From the NCBI GenBank assembly GCA_028023455.1, contig JAQFVV010000001.1, positions 4,774,001 through 4,838,000 on the forward strand: a stretch of 64,000 bases of DNA, written 5' to 3'. Position numbers and translations under genes: made by a program. Positions within the stretch are counted from its first letter, which is position 1; every line of letters begins with the position of its first letter. Shown in pieces: positions 54,261 through 64,000 of the stretch. This stretch comes from Epiperipatus broadwayi (Eukaryota > Animalia > Onychophora). The notes beneath the pieces are model-generated. The model saw only the letters and a list, made by a program, of their open reading frames with translations, did not search any database and had not been told where the DNA came from.

Positions 54261-57200
54261 ATATATTAGAATTTTAAATCACTATATTATTAAATAATAT
54301 TTTGTGTGTATTAATACTATTTGTATGAGTTATTTGAAGCTTTATATTATGTATGTGCTTGAAAGTTAGTATATTTTATATTTGAGAAATAAGAATAACA
54401 AATATTTTATATGTAAGTTAATTATATTTTCTCAATATATTTTAAGAATAAACTATATATTTAAACAAAATAAAATAAGAAATTCAGTGATGCTGTTAAG
54501 AAATATGAATTCTGTAATTGATCTAATATAGACATGTAAATGATCTTTAATTGAATTATGTTTAGTCTAACTTTTAAACTAAATTGCTAATATTTTATTA
54601 TTACATTCTTAAAATAATTTGTAAAATTATTATCATTCAATTATGAGTGTGTTAAAATTTGTATTAAAATGAGAAATAGATCAAATGAAAAATAAAATCT
54701 TTTTTTTTTTTTTTTCAAATTAAAACAAAAAAGATGCTTGATTTTTCCAACTGCAAAGGAATAAATTAGTTTTGATTATACTTTTCTTAGTATTCTGAAA
54801 TGAAATTCAAAGCATTTCCTATCATAAAATATTCATTGAATTATCATTGTAATTTGAACATTTAATTTATTACTTCTAATTATTTCTATAATGTAGTTAA
54901 ATCCTATTAATCCACATGTATCTTCACATTAAATAATTTTATTAAAAAAAACACATATTAATATAAGTGAATGTGCACATAAGATAAAATCAGTATGTTA
55001 ATTCATTTATTTATAATGAGAGAGAAATGCTAGTCTTAATTATTAATAAATCTGTAATAACTTTGTAGCTGTAAGGCTTTTAGATTACATTTTCATTCAT
55101 GTTATAATTTGTAAGATTTAATATTGAGGGTCATAAATATCTAGGAAGTCTTTAATTATCTAGAATTCATTTTTATATTATATAAATTTTTTGAATTTTA
55201 ATAGGTACTGTTTGTATATAATTAAAAAAATGAGAAAATCATTGTATGGATGTCATATTTCTCTTTTATATCTAGCAGTATTTGAGGATAATTGTCAAAA
55301 ATTATATATTATGTTTCAACATCTAATGGAGACATTTTAAGAATGAACAAAAAAAATGATTTGCTCTGCATATTCTCTTCTATTAGTCTGTATCAATTAA
55401 AGGAAAAAACACAACAGAATCTAAAATCTTTGCCTCTCAGTGAAACAATAGAACTTTTTATTGTTAATATATGATTTTGTAAAAACACACAAATGTAAAA
55501 ATATTAGGTAATAAGTCTAGGGCTATAATCTTTTTCTAAATTGATACCAAATTATTTTGACAAATAGGAACTAGAATAATCCTATTTTGATATATTTTTT
55601 CCTGCTCTTGTGAAAATTAATTAATTAATCACTGTTTATTCATTCTACATATATTTGATATTTACCTGGAAATGCATACATACACTTGTAGTCATTGGTT
55701 TATGATTGTAAGAATGTACTACAATATTAGGCATGAGATGCTAAAATAAATTCTAAGATGGGAAAATGTCATATTATTACTGCTGATAATCAAGTGTAAA
55801 TATTTGGTCTTCTGTCAAATTACTCTATCTTGTTTCATGTAGAGAGTGTAACAAAAACGAATATTACATACATATGATATTTATTATTTCATTAAATATA
55901 CATATTTTCATTTGCTTTTAATTTAATTATCATATAATTAATTATAGTAAAAGAGCCAAGGGCAATTTTAATTTTAGATAATTGTAGACTAGGTCATTTT
56001 TAGAATAGGTAATTTTATCATAGATGATTAAAAAGAAAAATCCAAGAATAATGTAAAATATTGCTATTGTAAATTGCAAGGCACACTAATAGATGGCATA
56101 TATTTTATTAAAATTTGACAATGGTATCAAATAAAGCCTAGTTTATTTTCATTTTATTATAATTTTTATCAAATCTTGGTAGACTTTTTAGATGTTTATT
56201 ATTTTTCTGAATATTCATGCTTGTGACATATATAGAGGATAATGGTCAATTTTAAATTTGATAATAAAATTTAGGTTATGTAGACTATTTGTCTTTTTTA
56301 GTCTACAATTGATCAAGCAGATAAAAAACATATCTCAAGTTGACATGTCAGAGCTAGAGTGAAAAACATAGAAAAGATTTTTCTAATACTGTCGTTCTTT
56401 ATTTAGAGAATGTTGATCAGTAAAACAAATTAGAAAAATTATTGATTTAAATGATTTGGTAAAGTCTTAAAAATACAAACTTTCACTTGAAAAACAAATG
56501 GAAACTAAAATTTTAAAATGCATTGGTAAAGATAAACTTAAATACATACAACTTCATACATTATATGGATCAATGCTCAGGAGGTCATATGATATTCAAA
56601 TACTCAGTTAGTGGATTGAGCATAATACAATTCTATTTTGGCAAAAGCCAATCCAAGAACTTTTGTATGTGTCACTCTAGTACCATTATACTAAATTATT
56701 CACAGTATTTAAAAAAAATAATTATACCATACATATTTGCATTTATATTTTTGTTTGATATTACAAATGCCATAGGTACTATTGTCATCATACACATGCA
56801 CATTGATAGATGTATATAAATTATAGATCCATTAGATGATTTTCAATCTTCTGAAGATTTTTCATTGAATTTTTGCAAAAATTAAAGAATGTTGGAAGTT
56901 GTGACTTAAAAATAGATTTTGTGCATTAGCTTATGTACATATACTAATTCAGGTACAAAAATTCAAATGTAGAAATTCAGGTACAACAATTCAGATTCAA
57001 AAATTTTCATTATTTTGAGATAGAATTAGTTATAAAAAAATGAAAAACTTTTATTCCACATATATGTCAGCTGTGATTTTACTTTAAAGGAATTGAAAAT
57101 TTATTGTTAAAAATAATATTATTAATAGAATTTATGAAAATGTGATATTAGCATCAATGTTACTATAAAATACAAAATATAATCATATACTGTACAGTAA

Positions 57201-58763
57201 ATTAGCTGCTTGGTAAGTCAAATGATATTCCAGCAAAGTTTAGTCCAGTAGTTTCAAATTATGATGCTTTTTTAAAACTTTCCTTAGCTGACTATTGATC
57301 TAGAAATCTTTTGCTTGAAGTCCACCATCTTTTCACTTAAAGTAGAGAATTTGCCTAAATCAAAATAATTAGTTTCACCAAAATTATTTTTTTTATTGTA
57401 GAATAACTACATGAGGAAAAATAAAGCTCAAGATAAATTTTATTTTAATCATTTTTATTTGCAGATCGTCCAAATTTAAGAATTTTATTTAATCATTTTG
57501 AAAACGTATTTAAATGGATTTTTTTAAAAGCAATATTTACAATGTAAACACATTGATTAAGTTCCTCCATATTAAAATAAATAATCAAATATTTATTGCT
57601 TAAGAGTTCATAAGAAATTTGAGTACAGACAGTGACAGATCTGGGCTACTATTCATGCATGGTTTTGCCATCCTACCACTGAACCAAACTACCCAGTTAT
57701 TTATTAAAATGAATTTAATAAATAAAACAAACTGAATAATAGAAGTTTAGAATGTTTTTAGAAGACTTCTTTGTTACATTTAAAGCAAATGTGTTTTATG
57801 TTTTTTTAAAAAAAGCTTTAGTTAATATAGTTAGTGTTTTAACATAGTGTTCTAAATTACAGTATTTGGATTCAAAAATTTAAACAGAATTTGCTTATAT
57901 AATGAAATCTAGAAAGCGTATTGGAATAAAGAGATATAGAGAAAATAATGTATTTGGACAGTTTTTAGTTATGTTGTAATTTTTGTTATTATTGATATTC
58001 ATATATTTTCATATAATAAAATAAAAAATAATTATATGATCAGTTGTCCAAGTGATCATATAACATTCAGGCATTCAAAGTGCGGTTTGAGAACAATGGT
58101 TTTTTTTTATTCAGCTGAGAATTGATCCATAAATTTTAATATAGGTGAACTTTTCCTTTAGAACAAGAAGAAAGAATTGTCACTGGAATGAAATAATTCT
58201 GGATGGATAACCATAAAATTCAAATACTTTAGGAAAGCATTTAATTTAGAGACACTGTAATTAAATCTGATTATGTGATCAAAATTTTTCCAATTTATTA
58301 TAACATTAGGAACTTGTGTACAGATATTTGTTGATGAAATGTGAGCAAGGTTTTTTCTCATATTGTAAGGCATACAGTGTATATATAATTTGATTACTAG
58401 AATCTATAGTTAAAAGTACAGCTTTATATATTAATATTACTAATACATAGTACTGTGCAATTTAATAGTGTTTGAGTGATGGATTTGAGTAGTAAAATTT
58501 CTGAACTGCAACTCAAACTTAATTGTCAGGGAGATCTTGGGTTGTTTTGGTATTTACATAATTCTTGTCCTCCTAAGTAATTAACCATTCATTTATTCAT
58601 ATATAAGCACACATACATTTAATAGAAAATGCTTAAAATAAGAAGTCATATATAAATATGAACAAAATGTTTACTTTTTCTCACAAATAATATATATGTA
58701 TTCATATGTAATGAAAAAAATATATTGGGGAGCAATATTTTTGTTGCTGCTGATAATATAGAT

Positions 58764-59256
58764 CAGTGGTCTTCAACCTTTTCACACCTGCGGACCGGTA
58801 AAAATAAGGATAAGGTTCCGCGGACCAGCAAAAAGATAAATTTTCTTAAAGATAAGCATAATTGTTATAACTGATCAAAACAACAATGTTAAATATATAA
58901 GATAAAGTTTTATATATATATGGAGTTTATATAATAAAAAACTTTTTTTTTAATTTTTTAGAAAAGTAATAAAAAATTTAATTCTACCCCTCCCCCTCCA
59001 TAAACATCTGTGATAACTAGAAAAAACAAATTAATTTATGAATGATTGATTAGATTTTGTTTTCATTCTGTTTTCTTTTTTTTTTAATTGGGTAAAAATG
59101 AGATGAAAAAATAAATAAAAATTGGTTATATTAATTAAAAGTTTAAACTCTTATTATTTATTATTACAAACTTTTTACTGCCCGTCTAGCACGCGGACCT
59201 GCAGAAAAGTTCCGCGACCCGGTGCCAGGCTGCGGACCAAAGGTTGAAGAACACTG
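58764..59256. mobile_element. hAT (Charlie-like) MITE, 493 bp, relatively young
   Basis: TIRs CAGTGGTCTTCAACC / GGTTGAAGAACACTG, perfect 8-bp TSD ATATAGAT (58756-58763, 59257-59264), repeated subterminal GCGGACC motifs with intact CpGs. Confidence 0.95.
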
Positions 59257-59734
59257 ATATAGATAATTGTGTTGAATGTGAGCATTAGATACACTTATGA
59301 TATAAGAAAGGGTGAAAAATGTGACATAATAGAACGCGTTTTTGTTATATTATACGATTTGGATTTGAATCCAAATCAGATGAAAATAACTCTAGATTGT
59401 AATCTGGCTTAGGATTTTTTTTTTTCCAGGTAGATGGTTGATAGCCATCTCATCTAATTATTCAATATTGGATGGTAAATGAGTATTCTAATAAAAATGT
59501 TCATAAAACCTTTTGTCCAATAGCAAGTTCATCAATCAAAATGCTATAAGATACTACAACAAAGCCAGTAAATGGTACACTTGATAAATGTTACTGAAAT
59601 CTGTCAGTGTTTGCCAGCCTCTTAATTACTATGCATTCTCATATTTAATCAGATCTTAAACTTTAATAAACTTCACTATTTAGATTTTAATAAAATAAAC
59701 TTTTTTTTTTGCTAATTAGATCATTTAAAGTTAA

Positions 59735-60627
59735 GGTACTGTGGTATTAGAGTTGCATCATGAAGAATTATAATCGTTTAATCATTAAATTAATTAGGTT
59801 ATTAAATCAAAAACATATTTTAAAATCTACATTTAAAAAAAAAACAATTTAACAAAAAAAAAATAAGAAAAGTATTTATGTGAAGAATAGTTAAAATGCG
59901 TGTTTAAATCAAATTGAGTGTGTGTTTGCACGTAGCATATTCTGCATAATCCATTTTAATACATTGTATAGGCTTACACCTGCATTTATATATGTAAAAT
60001 ATGCGGGATTCAAACTCAGAGTTTCACACAACCTACAACTCTCAGTGCCATCTATATTGCTGACTCACCTGATCACACACATGTTGAAAAGATAAAATCA
60101 CCAATATATGTATTTCGTGCTAAACCAGCACTCATTAAAGCATGAAGATTGGTTATCTTAATATAAAACTGAGTACCAATTGTATATATGCATGGAGATA
60201 GTAATCTGAACCAACTGATGAGTGCTGGTTTAGCACGAAATATGCATATTGGTGATTATTTATCTTTTCAACATGTGTGTAATCAGGTGAGTCAGCAATA
60301 TAAGATGGCACTGAGAGTTGTAGGTCAAGTGAAAGTCTGAGTTCGAATCCCGCAAAAATTACATATATAAATGCAGGTGTAAGCCTGTACAATGTATTAA
60401 AATAGATTATGCAGAATATGCACGTGCAAACACACACTCAATTTGATTTAAGCACACATTTTAACTATTCTTCACATTAATGCTTTTCGTATTTTTTTTT
60501 TTTTTTTGTTAAATTGTTTTTTTTTTTTAATGTAGATTTTAAAATATGTTTTTGATTTAATAACCTAATTAATTTAATGATTAAAAGATTATAATTCTTT
60601 ATGTTGCAGCTCTAATACCACAGTACC
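59735..60627 (+). mobile_element. Family B HHR-bearing foldback element (~400-bp arms, 82-nt spacer)
   Basis: 59735-60135 is the reverse complement of 60218-60627. Termini GGTACTGTGG/CCACAGTACC; 8-bp direct repeat AAAGTTAA (59727-59734, 60628-60635). Confidence 0.92.
60202..60258 (+). ncRNA. Fully formed type I hammerhead ribozyme
   Basis: TAATC-TGA(bulge)-ACCAA-CTGATGA-GTGCT-GGTTT-AGCAC-GAAA-TATGCA-TA-TTGGT-GATTA. Canonical core, perfect 5-bp stem II, 5+5-bp helix I, AUA cleavage triplet (cut after 60248). Confidence 0.9.
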
Positions 60628-61749
60628 AAAGTTAAAAATAATCAATAAAACCAAACTTTTACCAATTGACCTACTTTGTATAATGCTATTTTTTTCACTT
60701 TTTGAAGGGTTGTTGGAAAGACCTTCTGCCTTGTAGTAGACTATTTAAAGTCTGTTTTAGATTTTTACCTACTAATGAACTTTTCAAGAAGCTGAAGCAT
60801 GCTCTTGAGCAAAATTGAACTAATTTTAACAACAGATATATCTTGTTTTTATAAATATATATGCTGTAATCAACTTTATAATTTTATGTGTATCAAATCA
60901 ATTTAATATAGATAAAATCTTTTATTTCTTAGTGAAAAAACTTTTTTTTTAAAAAAAAAAGAAAAAATGACTTATTATTTTGATAGTTGGATCATTTTCA
61001 GCATTTAGTTTCTTTAGAATCTAAATATTCTGTTTATTAATTTTTCTATTCTATTAATAATAATGTTATAATAGTAGACAACAACTAATTATTTCTGATT
61101 TCTCATGTGACAGTAGCCCCAAGATAAAAAAATATTTTATTACTTTTATGTTCTGAAACACTTTATTGATTACTTCATTTGACCTCAACAACATAGTTAA
61201 TACAGAAAGAAATCAAATTTACTTTATTAAAATTTAACAGTCAGTGCTTAGTAAAGTTTACATCCTATTAAATATGAGATTCCAATTACTTTATTTTAGT
61301 ACCTTACATTGTCTTGATTGATGAATCTGCTGTTGGAAAAAGGGCTTGGTGCACAAAATTAAAAGTAAATAATAAAGATTAAATGCAATTAAGAAAAAAT
61401 TGTAATAGTAACACTTTTTATCTGTATATGTATTGGTTTCACTACAGAAAGAATAGAGGAACCAAAATAACAAGTAATTTGATCAAGTGATTATTCTTGA
61501 TTATTATTGGTGATTGTCATAAATTTTAATGAACTTTTATATAATCTTGTTGCATAATAAACTAAATTTGAAGAGCTGAATATCTGATTATAGCATTGTC
61601 TCTAGTTTGCTCACTAAAACTGCTGAGATTTTTATATTATAAACAGCACTTTTAAGAAAACAGGTAATCAAAATAATTGTATTAGACTGTCAAATTTTTA
61701 TTAACACTGTAATTTTGAAATACAAATATAATGTATATAATTAACCTAG

Positions 61750-61959
61750 ATGTAATTAAAGGGGATTTGAACCCAGACTTTAAGGCTCCTTACAGTCATC
61801 CACTCTATCCAGTATAACCAATACACATGACCACATACATGTGAAAAAGAGAAATGATTTCCAATATACATATTTCATGATGAACCAGCACTCATAGCAA
61901 ATCTTCACACTTTAATGGACAGGCTTGAAAGTCTGTGTTCAAATCCCCTTTAATAACAT
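61750..61959 (-). mobile_element. Family B deletion derivative with short terminal inverted repeats
   Basis: Minus strand: AAGCCTGTCCATTAAAG..AAGATTTGCT|ATGAGTGCTGGTTCATCATGAAATATGTATATTGG. Ends ATGTAATTAAAGGGGATTTGAACCCAGACTTT / AAAGTCTGTGTTCAAATCCCCTTTAATAACAT. Confidence 0.8.
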
Positions 61960-63796
61960 TAATTATTATTTCATTGCAATTTTAAGTCTTTATTTTTTGC
62001 AAGTATGTACATTAAATGCTTAATATTTTTGTAACAATAAATTAAATATGATGGTGACTTTCAAGTGTCACATATGAAAGACATTATCATTCTTGTAATC
62101 AATCCTATCAATTTAAATGTTACTTATAAAAATAAATAAGATATGGATGATTACAGTGTCTGAAGTAATATATTATTGATTTAATTATTGAATTTTATTA
62201 AATATATAATTAACACTTAATGAGATCAGAATAAAAACAGTTTATAATCATATTTTATCATTTTTCAATGTCATTATATATTTTATATTTCAAGACAGGT
62301 TGAATAAAACTAGGCAATAGATTAGGCAATAAGGATCAAGCAAAAATACTCAATCATCATTCTACAGTAGTTTGTCACTTTGTAAACATATATTGAAAAA
62401 TTTAAAGAGTTCTTATTTATATCTCATGTTATCACTTTGATTTTATTGTCATTTAAAAATTGTGATTTTTTTTTTAGATCTTAAATACTTTATTATTTAT
62501 AATTATTTTTATAATAGTATCTTAATATTTCTACATTAAATTATTCTTTCCTTCTAAAAAATGTATTTTACAATTAAGAATTGACATTGTGTTATGCCCC
62601 CCCCCCCTACTTTATGTAAACTTTCTTCTTTTTCTAAGCAAATGTTTTATCTTGCCAAACTGAAATCTTTTAACCTTCAGTAGATTATCTTTTACGAATA
62701 AATATACAATTGGATTTTTCCAACTGTAAATACTGCATTTCAATGACATAAACTTGACACATTTCACATATTTTCTTTCATTTAGAACAAGTTGAAAGTG
62801 ATTTTTTGGCATTTTTTTAAAAAAATAAAATAAAATCTTTTTGATTTTGATTTGAATATTATTGTTTAGGGTGGTTTGTAGTGATTCAAGTCATTAACTT
62901 GTATGTTATCTAACTTTTTAATATCTCCCAATTGAATATAATTTATTATCTACTTGTAAAAGTTTAAACAAATTATCAACTAATAGAAAAAAGATAAGTA
63001 TAGTAATGTAGTTTATTATAAAATTATTAATGTTCATCTGTAAGTTTAAAGAGAAATATATATTTCTGGAAAATTGATTTTATGACTTCTTTTCTTGGGC
63101 AAAAAGTAGGCATTGTGATCTAGTATTAAATAGTATTCCTTAGATCCATGTTAATGATAGTTGTCATTATTTCTACTAATTCTTAACACAAAATTGAATT
63201 AGAAAAGTTTGTTAGTTAAAAATGCAGACAAAATTTTATTTATTTATTGGCAGTTTTAATTAATGTTTTAATCCCAACTTTCCACCATTATCATTTCTCT
63301 GTAGAATAAAAGTGTCTTTCCAAATTTATTTCACTATTTCTGATTTATAATTTCTTCTCATCTCAGCATGTGACCTAATATATGTTAGGATTCAATTTAG
63401 GACTTATAGTTGTTCACATATATATACAGCCTTACATATATATTATGCACTTTTAAATGTTTTATATGTAGGCCAATATTAAATATAAGGGGAAATATAG
63501 TAAGTGTAGAGTTAAATCTTTATTTAGACAACCAAAGGCAATTAATTATTTTTTGAACAAAGACAATATATAAATGATATATTATTCGAGTTAGCCTCAG
63601 TATGATTTTATTATAAATATACTGATGTTTTGGCTTGATCACACAAACTATCGACTGGTGATGAGTAGAATACTATAAAAATGCTTATAGATGCTGTAAA
63701 CATTGATTTATAACAGTGTTAAAGTTCCACCATTTTTATAGTATTTATTCATCTTCCAATTGATAGCTTGTGTGATCAAACTAAATGTTTAGTATA

Positions 63797-64000
63797 TCTA
63801 TATAAATAAAAATGTAAATGTTCATTTGTTCAAAATCTTAAATCTCCAAAAGTTCTTCACCGTTCGCTTTGAAATTTTGACACAAAGTTGCATTCGAATA
63901 TGCGCATGTTTTTATATACCTACTATTTATATACACACTATTATATACCCGTGACAGTTAAAAACATGATTTTTTTTGAAAAACAGTGTTATCTGTTGGA
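63797..64000 (+). mobile_element. 5' end of a non-autonomous Helitron-like element (runs off the window)
   Basis: A|TCTATATAAATAAAAATG...TTTGTTCAAAATC...CCGTTCGCTTTGAAATTTTG resembles arthropod non-autonomous Helitron 5' termini. The 3' hairpin/CTRR is outside the window. Confidence 0.6.

Noticed and set aside
60300-60355. tRNA gene suggested by GTTCGAATCC
   Set aside because: No cloverleaf, D-arm or anticodon arm can be formed; kept only as a B-box-like motif.
60153-60437. ORFs within palindromic elements (also 43263-43460, 13784-13969, 46471-46746)
   Set aside because: Chance frames in non-coding or antisense repeat sequence.
63655-63695. GTGATGA-GTAG-AATA-CTAT-AAAA as a decayed hammerhead
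   Set aside because: Needs several core changes, has no convincing helix I or III, and has no second copy in the window.
1-64000. Strand-skew switches as markers of divergent promoters
   Set aside because: Apparent G/C skew follows LINE orientation and cannot be separated by eye; it needs computation on repeat-masked sequence.

Overview
Very AT-rich, CpG-depleted eukaryotic DNA, probably intronic/intergenic sequence of a large-genome arthropod (inferred from the transposon types and an IKIEE-type exon). No intact multi-exon gene, rRNA, tRNA or CRISPR array is supportable. Most ORFs in the track are chance ORFs or pieces of decayed retroelements. Identified elements: a near full-length decayed RTE LINE (4243-7647) and a partial second copy (41.5-43.7 kb), several L2/CR1-type remnants, two hAT MITEs, a mariner remnant, a Helitron-like 5' end, and one candidate first coding exon in a CpG-retaining patch at 44.1 kb. 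The main finding is a dense set of Penelope-like elements (PLEs) and ORF-less retrozyme-like elements carrying minimal type I hammerhead ribozymes (HHRs), mostly inserted as inverted repeats. Family A has a ~440-bp non-coding monomer; two insertions have TSDs and a 37-41 nt PLE-type tail. Family B includes a fully formed HHR at 60202-60258. Family C comprises two diverged GIY-YIG 3' ends whose HHRs share a non-canonical AUGAAUA core, an A3-U8 swap of the C3-G8 pair. All structures were read by eye; none was folded or searched computationally.
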